Below, piece after piece: positions 1 to 12,000 of a stretch of 64,000 nt of DNA. This DNA comes from Eledone cirrhosa (taxonomy: Eukaryota): the NCBI GenBank assembly GCA_964016885.1, contig CAXHJY010000753.1:1-64000 (forward strand), in the 5' to 3' direction. The translations under genes and the position numbers were made by a program. The notes under the pieces were generated by a model. It was not told the origin of the DNA and made no database searches. It was given only the letters and a program-made list of their open reading frames with translations. Numbering within the stretch: the first letter of the stretch is position 1; every line of letters begins with the position of its first letter.

Positions 1-3000
1 AGTCTCTGACAGTAGTCTTTGGTAGTAGTCTCTGACAGTAGTCTTTGGTAGTAGTCTCTGACAGTAGTCTTTGGTAGTAGTCTCTGAAGGTAGTCTTTGG
101 TAGTAGTCTCTGACAGTAGTCTTTGGTAGTAGTCTCTGACGGTAGTCTTTGGTAGTAGTCTCTGACAGTAGTCTTTGGTAGTAGTCTCTGACAGTAGTCT
201 TTGGTAGTAGTCTCTGACGGTAGACTTTGGTAGTAGTCTCTGACAGTAGTCTTTGGTAGTAGTCTCTGAAGGTAGTCTTTGGTAGTAGTCTCTGACAGTA
301 GTCTTTGGTAGTAGTCTCTGACAGTAGTCTTTGGTAGTAGTCTCTGACAGTAGTCTTTGGTAGTAGTCTCTGACGGTAGTCTTTGGTAGTAGTCTCTGAC
401 AGTAGTCTTTGGTAGTAGTCTCTGACGGTAGTCTTTGGTAGTAGTCTCTGACAGTAGTTTTTGGCAGTAGTCTCTGACGGTAGTCTTTGGTAGTAGTCTC
501 TGACAGTAGTCTTTGGTAGTAGTCTCTGACAGTAGTCTTTGGTAGTAGTCTCTGACAGTAGTCTTTGGTAGTAGTCTCTGACAGTAGTCTTTGGTAGTAG
601 TCTCTGACAGTAGTCTTTGGTAGTAGTCTCTTGACAGTAGTCTTTGGTAGTAGTCTCTGACAGTAGTCTTTGGTAGTAGTCTCTGACAGTAGTCTTTGGT
701 AGTAGTCTCTGACAGTAGTCTTTGGTAGTAGTCTCTGACAGTAGTCTTTGGTAGTAAGTCTCTGACAGTAGTCTTTGGTAGTAGTCTCTGACAGTAGTCT
801 TTGGTAGTAGTCTCTGACAGTAGTCTTTGGTAGTAGTCTCTGACAGTAGTCTTTGGTAGTAGTCTCTGACAGTAGTCTTTGGTAGTAGTCTCTGACGGTA
901 GTCTTTGGTAGTAGTCTCTGACAGTAGTCTTTGGTAGTAGTCTCTGACAGTAGTCTTTGGTAGTAGTCTCTGACGGTAGTCTTTGGTAGTAGTCTCTGAC
1001 AGGTAGTCTTTGGTAGTAGTCTCTGACAGTAGTCTTTGGTAGTAGTCTCTGACAGTAGTCTTTGGTAGTAGTCTCTGACGGTAGTCTTTGGTAGTAGTCT
1101 CTGACAGGTAGTCTTTGGTAGTAGTCTCTGACAGTAGTCTTTGGTAGTAGTCTCTGACAGTAGTCTTTGGTAGTAGTCTCTGACAGGTAGTCTTTGGTAG
1201 TAGTCTTTGACAGTAGTCTTTGGTAGTAGTCTCTGACAGTAGTCTTTGGTAGTAGTCTCTGACAGGTAGTCTTTGGTAGTAGTCTCTGAAGGTAGTCTTT
1301 GGTAGTAGTCTTTGACAGTAGTCTTTGGTAGTAGTCTCTGACAGTAGTCTTTGGTAGTAGTCTCTGACGGTAGTCTTTGGTAGTAGTCTCTGAAGGTAGT
1401 CTTTGGTAGTAGTCTTTGACGTAGTCTTTGGTATTAATCTCTGACAGTAGTCTTTGGTAGTAGTCTCTGACGGTAGTCTTTGGTAGTAGTCTCTGACAGT
1501 AGTCTTTGGTAGTAGTCTCTGACAGTAGTCTTTGGTAGTAGTCTCTGACGAGTAGTCTTTGGTAGTAGTCTCTGACAGTAGTCTTTGGTAGTAGTCTCTG
1601 ACAGTAGTCTTTGGTAGTAGTCTCTGACGGTAGTCTTTGGTAGTAGTCTCTGACAGTAGTCTTTGGTAGTAGTCTCTGACAGTAGTCTTTGGTAGTAGTC
1701 TCTGACAGGTAGTCTTTGGTAGTAGTCTCTGACAGTAGTCTTTGGTAGTAGTCTCTGACAGTAGTCTTTGGTAGTAGTCTCTGACAGTAGTCTTTGGTAG
1801 TAGTCTCTGACAGTAGTCTTTGGTAGTAGTCTCTGACAGTAGTCTTTGGTAGTAGTCTCTGACAGTAGTCTTTGGTAGTAGTCTCTGACAGTAGTCTTTG
1901 GTAGTAGTCTCTGACAGTAGTCTTTGGTAGTAGTCTCTGACAGTAGTCTTTGGTAGTAGTCTCTGACAGTAGTCTTTGGTAGTAGTCTCTGACAGTAGTC
2001 TTTGGTAGTAGTCTCTGACAGTAGTCTTTGGTAGTAGTCTCTGACAGTAGTCTTTGGTAGTAGTCTCTGACAGTAGTCTTTGGTAGTAGTCTCTGACAGT
2101 AGTCTTTGGTAGTAGTCTCTGACAGGTAGTCTTTGGTAGTAGTCTCTGACAGTAGTCTTTGGTAGTAGTCTCTGACAGTAGTCTTTGGTAGTAGTCTCTG
2201 ACAGTAGTCTTTGGTAGTAGTCTCTGACGGTAGTCTTTGGTAGTAGTCTCTGACGTAGTCTTGGTAGTAGTCTCTGACAGTAGTCTTTGGTAGTAGTCTC
2301 TGACAGTAGTCTTTGGTAGTAGTCTCTGACAGTAGTCTTTGGTAGTAGTCTTTTACAGTAGTCTTTGGTAGTAGTCTCTGACAGTAGTCTTTGGTAGTAG
2401 TCTTTGACAGTAGTCTTTGGTAGTAGTCTCTGACAGTAGTCTTTGGTAGTAGTCTCTGACAGTAGTCTTTGGTAGTAGTCTCTGACAGTAGTCTTTGGTA
2501 GTAGTCTCTGACAGTAGTCTTTGGTAGTAGTCTCTGACGGTAGTCTTTGGTTGTAGTCTCTGACAGTAGTCTTTGGTAGTAGTCTCTGAAGGTAGTCTTT
2601 GGTAGTAGTCTCTGACAGTAGTCTTTGGTAGTAGTCTCTGACAGTAGTCTTTGGTAGTAGTCTCTGACAGTAGTCTTTGGTAGTAGTCTCTGAAGGTAGT
2701 CTTTGGTAGTAGTCTCTGACAGTAGTCTTTGGTAGTAGTCTCTGACGGTAGTCTTTGGTAGTAGTCTCTGACAGTAGTCTTTGGTAGTAGTCTCTGACAG
2801 TAGTCTTTGGTAGTAGTCTCTGACGGTAGACTTTGGTAGTAGTCTCTGACAGTAGTCTTTGGTAGTAGTCTCTGAAGGTAGTCTTTGGTAGTAGTCTCTG
2901 ACAGTAGTCTTTGGTAGTAGTCTCTGACAGTAGTCTTTGGTAGTAGTCTCTGACAGTAGTCTTTGGTAGTAGTCTCTGACGGTAGTCTTTGGTAGTAGTC

Positions 3001-6000
3001 TCTGACAGTAGTCTTTGGTAGTAGTCTCTGACGGTAGTCTTTGGTAGTAGTCTCTGACAGTAGTTTTTGGCAGTAGTCTCTGACGGTAGTCTTTGGTAGT
3101 AGTCTCTGACAGTAGTCTTTGGTAGTAGTCTCTGACAGTAGTCTTTGGTAGTAGTCTCTGACAGTAGTCTTTGGTAAGTAGTCTTTGACAGTAGTCTTGG
3201 TAGTAGTCTCTGACAGTAGTCTTTGGTAGTAGTCTTTGACAGTAGTCTTTGGTAGTAGTCTCTGACAGTAGTCTTTGGTAGTAGTCTCTGAAGGTAGTCT
3301 TTGGTAGTAGTCTCTGACAGTAGTCTTTGGTAGTAGTCTCTGACAGTAGTCTTTGGTAGTAGTCTCTGACAGTAGTCTTTGGTAGTAGTCTCTGACAGTA
3401 GTCTTTGGTAGTAGTCTCTAACAGTAGTCTTTGGTAGTAATCTCTGACAGTAGTCTTTGGTAGTAGTCTCTGACAGTAGTCTTTGGTAGTAGTCTCTGAC
3501 GGTAGTCTTTGGTAGTAGTCTCTGACAGTAGTCTTTGGTAGTAGTCTCTGACAGTAGTCTTTGGTAGTAGTCTCTGACGGTAGTCTTTGGTAGTAGTCTC
3601 GGACGGTAGTCTTTGGTAGTAGTCTCTGACAGTAGTCTTTGGTAGTAGTCTCTGACAGTAGTCTTTGGTAGTAGTCTCTGACGGTAGTCTTTGGTAGTAG
3701 TCTCTGACAGTAGTCTTTGGTAGTAGTCTCTGACAGTAGTCTTTGGTAGTAGTCTCTGACGGTAGTCTTTGGTAGTAGTCTCTGAAGGTAGTCTTTGGTA
3801 GTAGTCTTTGACAGTAGTCTTTGGTAGTAGTCTCTGACAGTAGTCTTTGGTAGTAGTCTTTGACAGTAGTCTTTGGTAGTAGTCTCTGAAGGTAGTCTTT
3901 GGTAGTAGTCTTTGACAGTAGTCTTTGGTAGTAATCTCTGACAGTAGTCTTTGGTAGTAGTCTCTGACGGTAGTCTTTGGTAGTAGTCTCTGAAGGTAGT
4001 CTTTGGTAGTAGTCTTTGACAGTAGTCTTTGGTAGTAATCTCTGACAGTAGTCTTTGGTAGTAGTCTCTGACGGTAGTCTTTGGTAGTAGTCTCTGACAG
4101 TAGTCTTTGGTAGTAGTCTCTGACAGTAGTCTTTGGTAGTAGTCTCTGACGCTAGTCTTTGGTAGTAGTCTCTGACGGTAGTCTTTGGTAGTAGTCTCTG
4201 ACAGTAGTCTTTGGTAGTAGTCTCTGACGGTAGTCTTTGGTAGTAGTCTCTGACAGTAGTCTTTGGTAGTAGTCTCTGACAGTAGTCTTTGGTAGTAGTC
4301 TCTGACGGTAGTCTTTGGTAGTAGTCTCTGACAGTAGTCTTTGGTAGTAGTCTCTGAAGGTAGTCTTTGGTAGTAGTCTTTGACAGTAGTCTTTGGTAGT
4401 AGTCTCTGACAGTAGTCTTTGGTAGTAGTCTTTGACAGTAGTCTTTGGTAGTAGTCTCTGACAGTAGTCTTTGGTAGTAGTCTCTGAAGGTAGTCTTTGG
4501 TAGTAGTCTCTGACAGTAGTCTTTGGTAGTAGTCTCTGACAGTAGTCTTTGGTAGTAGTCTCTGACAGTAGTCTTTGGTAGTAGTCTCTGACAGTAGTCT
4601 TTGGTAGTAGTCTCTGACAGTAGTCTTTGGTAGTAGTCTCTGACAGTAGTCTTTGGTAGTAGTCTCTGACAGTAGTCTTTGGTAGTAGTCTTTGACAGTA
4701 GTCTTTGGTAGTAGTCTCTGACAGTAGTCTTTGGTAGTAGTCTTTGACAGTAGTCTTTGGTAGTAGTCTCTGACAGTAGTCTTTGGTAGTAGTCTCTGAA
4801 GGTAGTCTTTGGTAGTAGTCTCTGACAGTAGTCTTTGGTAGTAGTCTCTGACAGTAGTCTTTGGTAGTAGTCTCTGACAGTAGTCTTTGGTAGTAGTCTC
4901 TGACGGTAGTCTTTGGTAGTAGTCTCTGACAGTAGTCTTTGGTAGTAGTCTTTGACAGTAGTCTTTGGTAGTAGTCTCTGACAGTAGTCTTTGGTAGTAG
5001 TCTCTGACAGTAGTCTTTGGTAGTAGTCTCTGACAGTAGTCTTTGGTAGTAGTCTTTTACAGTAGTCTTTGGTAGTAGTCTCTGACAGTAGTCTTTGGTA
5101 GTAGTCTTTGACAGTAGTCTTTGGTAGTAGTCTCTGACAGTAGTCTTTGGTAGTAGTCTCTGACAGTAGTCTTTGGTAGTAGTCTCTGACAGTAGTCTTT
5201 GGTAGTAGTCTCTGACAGTAGTCTTTGGTAGTAGTCTCTGACAGTAGTCTTTGGTAGTAGTCTCTGACGGTAGTCTTTGGTAGTAGTCTCTGACAGTAGT
5301 CTTTGGTAGTAGTCTCTGACAGTAGTCTTTGGTAGTAGTCTCTGACAGTAGTCTTTGGTAGTAGTCTCTGACGGTAGTCTTTGGTAGTAGTCTCTGACAG
5401 TAGTCTTTGGTAGTAGTCTCTGACAGTAGTCTTTGGTAGTAGTCTCTGACAGTAGTCTTTGGTAGTAGTCTCTGAAAGTAGTCTTTGGTAGTAGTCTCTG
5501 AAGGTAGTCTTTGGTAGTAGTCTCTGACAGTAGACTTTGGTAGTAGTCTTTGACAGTAGTCTTTGGTAGTAGTCTCTGACAGTAGTCTTTGGTAGTAGTC
5601 TCTGACAGTAGTCTTTGGTAGTAGTCTCTGACAGTAGTCTTTGGTAGTAGTCTCTGAAGGTAGTCTTTGGTAGTAGTCTCTGACAGTAGTCTTTGGTAGT
5701 AGTCTCTGACGGTAGTCTTTGGTAGTAGTCTCTGACAGTAGTCTTTGGTAGTAGTCTCTGACAGTAGTCTTTGGTAGTAGTCTCTGACGGTAGTCTTTGG
5801 TAGTAGTCTCTGACAGTAGTCTTTGGTAGTAGTCTCTGAAGGTAGTCTTTGGTAGTAGTCTCTGACAGTAGTCTTTGGTAGTAGTCTCTGACAGTAGTCT
5901 TTGGTAGTAGTCTCTGACAGTAGTCTTTGGTAGTAGTCTCTGACGGTAGTCTTTGGTAGTAGTCTCTGACAGTAGTCTTTGGTAGTAGTCTCTGACGGTA

Positions 6001-9000
6001 GTCTTTGGTAGTAGTCTCTGACAGTAGTCTTTGGCAGTAGTCTCTGACGGTAGTCTTTGGTAGTAGTCTCTGACAGTAGTCTTTGGTAGTAGTCTTTGAC
6101 AGTAGTCTTTGGTAGTAGTCTCTGACAGTAGTCTTTGGTAGTAGTCTTTGACAGTAGTCTTTGGTAGTAGTCTCTGACAGTAGTCTTTGGTAGTAGTCTC
6201 TGAAGGTAGTCTTTGGTAGTAGTCTCTGACGGTAGTCTTTGGTAGTAGTCTTTGACAGTAGTCTTTGGTAGTAGTCTCTGACAGTAGTCTTTGGTAGTAG
6301 TCTCTGACAGTAGTCTTTGGTAGTAGTCTCTGACAGTAGTCTGTGGTAGTAGTCTCTGACAGTAGTCTTTGGTAGTAGTCTCTGACGGTAGTCTTTGGTA
6401 GTAGTCTCTGACAGTAGTCTTTGGTAGTAGTCTCTGACGGTAGTCTTTGGTAGTAGTCTCTGAAGGTAGTCTTTGGTAGTAGTCTCTGACAGTAGTCTTT
6501 GGTATTGTCTCTGACAGTAGTCTTTGGTAGTAGACTCTGACAGTAGTCTTTGGTAGTAGTCTCTGACAGTAGTCTTTGGTAGTAGTCTCTGAAGGTAGTC
6601 TTTGGTAGTAGTCTCTGACAGTAGTCTTTGGTAGTAGTCTCTGACAGTAGTCTTTGGTAGTAGTCTCTGACAGTAGTCTTTGGTAGTAGTCTCTGACAGT
6701 AGTCTTTGGTAGTAGTCTCTAACAGTAGTCTTTGGTAGTAGTCTCTGACAGTAGTCTTTGGTAGTAGTCTCTGACAGTAGTCTTTGGTAGTAGTCTCTGA
6801 CAGTAGTCTTTGGTAGTAGTCTCTGACAGTAGTCTTTGGTAGTAGTCTCTGAAGGTAGTCTTTGGTAGTAGCCTCTGACAGTAGTCTTTGGTAGTAGTCT
6901 CTGACAGTAGTGTTTGGTAGTAGTCTCTGACAGTAGTCTTTGGTAGTAGTCTCTGACAGTAGTCTTTGGTAGTTGTCTCTGACAGTAGTCTTTGGTAGTA
7001 GTCTCTGACAGTAGTCTTTGGTAGTAGTCTCTGAAGGTAGTCTTTGGTAGTAGTCTCTGACAGTAGTCTTTGGTAGTAGTCTCTGACAGTAGTCTTTGGT
7101 AGTAGTCTCTGACAGTAGTCTTTGGTAGTAGTCTCTGACAGTAGTCTTTGGTAGTAGTCTCTGACAGTAGTCTTTGGTAGTAGTCTCTGACAGTAGTCTT
7201 TGGTAGTAGTCTCTGAAGGTAGTCTTTGGTAGTAGTCTCTGACAGTAGTCTTTGGTAGTAGTCTCTGACAGTAGTCTTTGGTAGTAGTCTCTGACAGTAG
7301 TCTTTGGTAGTAGTCTCTGACAGTAGTCTTTGGTAGTAGTCTCTGAAGGTAGTCTTTGGTAGTAGTCTCTGACAGTAGTCTTTGGTAGTAGTCTCTGACA
7401 GTAGTCTTTGGTAGTAGTCTCTGACAGTAGTCTTTGTAGTAGTCTCTAACAGTAGTCTTTGGTAGTAGTCTCTGACAGTAGTCTTTGGTAGTAGTCTTTG
7501 ACAGTAGTCGTTGGTAGTAGTCTTTGACAGTAGTCTTTGGTAGTAGTCTCTGACAGTAGTCTTTGGTAGTAGTCTCTGACAGTAGTCTTTGGTAGTAGTC
7601 TTTGACAGTAGTCTTTGGTAGTAGTCTTTGACAGTAGTCTTTGGGAGTAGTCTCTGACAGTAGTCTTTGGTAGTAGTCTTTGACAGTAGTCTTTGGTAGT
7701 AGTCTTTGACAGTAGTCTTTGGTAGTAGTCTTTGACAGTAGTCTTTGGTAGTAGTCTCTGACAGTAGTCTTTGGTAGTAGTCTTTGACAGTAGTCTTTGG
7801 TAGTAGTCTCTGACAGTAGTCTTTGGTAGTAGTCTTTGACAGTAGTCTTTGGTAGTAGTCTTTGACAGTAGTCTTTGGTAGTAGTCTTTGACAGTAGTCT
7901 TTCGTAGTAGTCTCTGACAGTAGTCTTTGGTAGTAGTCTTTGACAGTGGTCTTTGGTAGTAGTCTTTGACAGTAGTCTTTGGTAGTAGTCTCTGACAGTA
8001 GCCTTTGGTAGTAGTCTCTGACAGTAGTCTTTGGTAGTAGTCTCTGACGGTAGTCTTTGGTAGTAGTCTCTGACAGTAGTCTTTGGTAGTAGTCTCTGAC
8101 GGTAGTCTTTGGTAGTAGTCTTTGACAGTAGTCTTTGGTAGTAGTCTCTGACAGTAGTCTTTGGTAGTAGTCTCTGACAGTAGTCTTTGGTAGTAGTCTC
8201 TGACAGTAGTCTTTGGTAGTAGTCTCTGACAGTAGTCTTTGGTAGTAGTCTCTGACAGTAGTCTTTGGTAGTAGTCTCTGACAGTAGTCTTTGGTAGTAG
8301 TCTCTGACAGTAGTCTTTGGTAGTAGTCTCTGACAGTAGTCTTTGGTAGTAGTCTCTGACGGTAGTCTTTGATAGTAGTCTCTGACGGTAGTCTTTGGTA
8401 GTAGTCTCTGACAGTAGTCTTTGGTAGTAGTCTCTGACAGTAGTCTTTGGTAGTAGTCTCTGACAGTAGTCTTTGGTAGTAGTCTCTGACAGTAGTCTTT
8501 GGTAGTAGTCTCTGACAGTAGTCTTTGGTAGTAGTCTCTGACGGTAGTCTTTGGTAGTAGTCTCTGACGGTAGTCTTTGGTAGTAGTATCTGACAGTAGT
8601 CTTTGGTAGTAGTCTCTGACAGTAGTCTTTGGTAGTAGTCTCTGACGGTAGTCTTTGGTAGTAGCCTCTGACAGTAGTCTTTGGTAGTAGTCTCTGACAG
8701 TAGTCTTTGGTAGTAGTCTCTGACAGTAGTCTTTGGTAGTAGTCTCTGACAGTAGTCTTTGGTAGTAGTCTCTGACAGTAGTCTTTGGTAGTAGTCTCTG
8801 ACAGTAGTCTTTGGTAGTAGTCTCTGACAGTAGTCTTTGGTAGTAGTCTCTGACAGTAGTCTTTGGTAGTAGTCTCTGACGGTAGTCTTTGGTAGTAGTC
8901 TCTGACGGTAGTCTTTGGTAGTAGTCTCTGACAGTAGTCTTTGGTAGTAGTCTCTGACAGTAGTCTTTGGTAGTAGTCTCTGACAGTAGTCTTTGGTAGT

Positions 9001-12000
9001 AGTCTCTGACAGTAGTCTTTGGTAGTAGTCTCTGACAGTAGTCTTTGGTAGTAGTCTCTGACAGTAGTCTTTGGTAGTAGTCTCTGACAGTAATCTTTGG
9101 TAGTAGTCTCTGACGGTAGTCTTTGGTAGTAGTCTCTGACGGTAGTCTTTGGTAGTAGTCTCTGACAGTAGTCTTTGGTAGTAGTCTCTGACAGTAGTCT
9201 TTGGTAGTAGTCTCTGACAGTAGTCTTTGGTAGTAGTCTCTGACAGTAGTCTTTGGTAGTAGTCTCTGACAGTAGTCTTTGGTAGTAGTCTCTGACAGTA
9301 GTCTTTGGTAGTAGTCTCTGACGGTAGTCTTTGGTAGTAGTCTCTGACGGTAGTCTTTGGTAGTAGTCTCTGACAGTAGTCTTTGGTAGTAGTCTCTGAC
9401 AGTAGTCTTTGGTAGTAGTCTCTGACGGTAGTCTTTGGTAGTAGTCTCTGACAGTAGTCTTTGGTAGTAGTCTCTGACAGTAGTCTTTGGTAGTAGTCTC
9501 TGACAGTAGTCTTTGGTAGTAGTCTCTGACAGTAGTCTTTGGTAGTAGTCTCTGACGGTAGTCTTTGGTAGTAGTCTCTGACGGTAGTCTTTGGTAGTAG
9601 TCTCTGACAGTAGTCTTTGGTAGTAGTCTCTGACGGTAGTCTTTGGTAGTAGTCTCTGACAGTAGTCTTTGGTAGTAGTCTCTGACGGTAGTCTTTGGTA
9701 GTAGTCTCTGACGGTAGTCTTTGGTAGTAGTCTCTGACAGTAGTCTTTGGTAGTAGTCTCTGACGGTAGTCTTTGGTAGTAGTCTCTGACATTAGTCTTT
9801 GGTAGTAGTCTCTGACGGTAGTCTTTGGTAGTAGTCTCTGACAGTAGTCTTTGGTAGTAGTCTTTGACAGTAGTCTTTGGTAGTAGTCTCTGACAGTAGT
9901 CTTGGTAGTAGTCTTTGACAGTAGTCTTTGGTAGTAGTCTTTGACAGTAGTCTTTGGTAGTAGTCTTTGACAGTAGTCTTTGGTAGTAGTCTTTGACAGT
10001 AGTCTTTGGTAGTAGTCTCTGACAGTAGTCTTTGGTAGTAGTCTCTGACAGTAGTCTTTGGTAGTAGTCTCTGACAGTAGTCTTTGGTAGTAGTCTCTGA
10101 CAGTAGTCTTTGGTAGTAGTCTCTGACAGTAGTCTTTGGTAGTAGTCTCTGACAGTAGTCTTTGGTAGTAGTCTTTGACAGTAGTCTTTGGTAGTAGTCT
10201 CTGACAGTAGTCTTTGGTAGTAGTCTCTGACAGTAGTCTTTGGTAGTAGTCTTTGACAGTAGTCTTTGGTAGTAGTCTCTGACAGTAGTCTTTGGTAGTA
10301 GTCTCTGACAGTAGTCTTTGGTAGTAGTCTCTGACAGTAGTCTTTGGTAGTAGTCTCTGACAGTAGTCTTTGGTAGTAGTCTCTGACAGTAGTCTTTGGT
10401 AGTAGTCTTTGACAGTAGTCTTTGGTAGTAGTCTCTGACAGTAGTCTTTGGTAGTAGTCTCTGACAGTAGTCTTTGGTAGTATTCATTGACAGTAGTCTT
10501 CGGTAGTAGTCTCTGACAGTAGTCTTTGGTAGTAGTCTTTGACAGTAGTCTTTGGTAGTAGTCTCTGACAGTAGTCTTTGGTAGTAGTCTCTGACAGTAG
10601 TCTTTGGTAGTAGTCTTTGACAGTAAGTCTTTGGTAGTAGTCTCTGACAGTAGTCTTTGGTAGTAGTCTCTGACAGTAGTCTTTGGTAGTATTCATTGAC
10701 AGTAGTCTTCGGTAGTAGTCTCTGACAGTAGTCTTTGGTAGTAGTTTCTGACAGTAGTCTTTGGTAGTAGTCTTTGACAGTAGTCTTTGGTAGTAGTCTT
10801 TGACAGTAGTCTTTGGTAGTAGTCTTTGACAGTAGTCTTTGGTAGTAGTCTCTGACAGTAGTCTTTGGTAGTAGTCTCTGACAGTAGTCTTTGGTAGTAG
10901 TCTCTGACAGTAGTCTTTGGTAGTAGTCTCTGACAGTAGTCTTTGGTAGTAGTCTCTGACAGTAGTCTTTGGTAGTAGTCTCTGACAGTAGTCTTTGGTA
11001 GTAGTCTCTGACAGTAGTCTTTGGTAGTAGTCTTTGACAGTAGTCTTTGGTAGTAGTCTTTGACAGTAGTCTTTGGTAGTAGTCTTTGACAGTAGTCTTT
11101 GGTAGTAGTCTTTGACAGTAGTCTTTGGTAGTAGTCTTTGACAGTAGTCTTTGGTAGTAGTCTCTGACAGTAGTCTTTGGTAGTAGTCTCTGACAGTAGT
11201 CTTTGGTAGTAGTCTTTGATAGTAGTCTTTGGTAGTAGTCTCTGACAGTAGTCTTTGGTAGTAGTCTTTGACAGTAGTCTTTGGTAGTAGTCTCTGACAG
11301 TAGTCTTTGGTAGTAGTCTCTGACAGTAGTCTTTGGTAGTATTCATTGACAGTAGTCTTCGGTAGTAGTCTCTGACAGTAGTCTTTGGTAGTAGTCTTTG
11401 ACAGTAGTCTTTGGTAGTAGTCTTTGACAGTAGTCTTTGGTAGTAGTCTTTGACAGTAGTCTTTGGTAGTAGTCTCTGACAGTAGTCTTTGGTAGTAGTC
11501 TCTGACAGTAGTCTTTGGTAGTAGTCTCTGACAGTAGTCTTTGGTAGTATTCATTGACAGTAGTCTTCGGTAGTAGTCTCTGACAGTAGTCTTTGGTAGT
11601 AGTCTCTGACAGTAGTCTTTGGTAGTATTCATTGACAGTAGTCTTCGGTAGTAGTCTCTGACAGTAGTCTTTGGTAGTAGTCTTTGACAGTAGTCTTTGG
11701 TAGTAGTCTTTGACAGTAGTCTTTGGTAGTAGTCTTTGACAGTAGTCTTTGGTAGTAGTCTCTGACAGTAGTCTTTGGTAGTAGTCTCTGACAGTAGTCT
11801 TTGGTAGTAGTCTTTGACAGTAGTCTTTGGTAGTAGTCTCTGACAGTAGTCTTTGGTAGTAGTCTTTGACAGTAGTCTTTGGTAGTAGTCTCTGACAGTA
11901 GTCTTTGGTAGTATTCATTGACAGTAGTCTTCGGTAGTAGTCTCTGACAGTAGTCTTTGGTAGTAGTCTTTGACAGTAGTCTTTGGTAGTAGTCTCTGAC

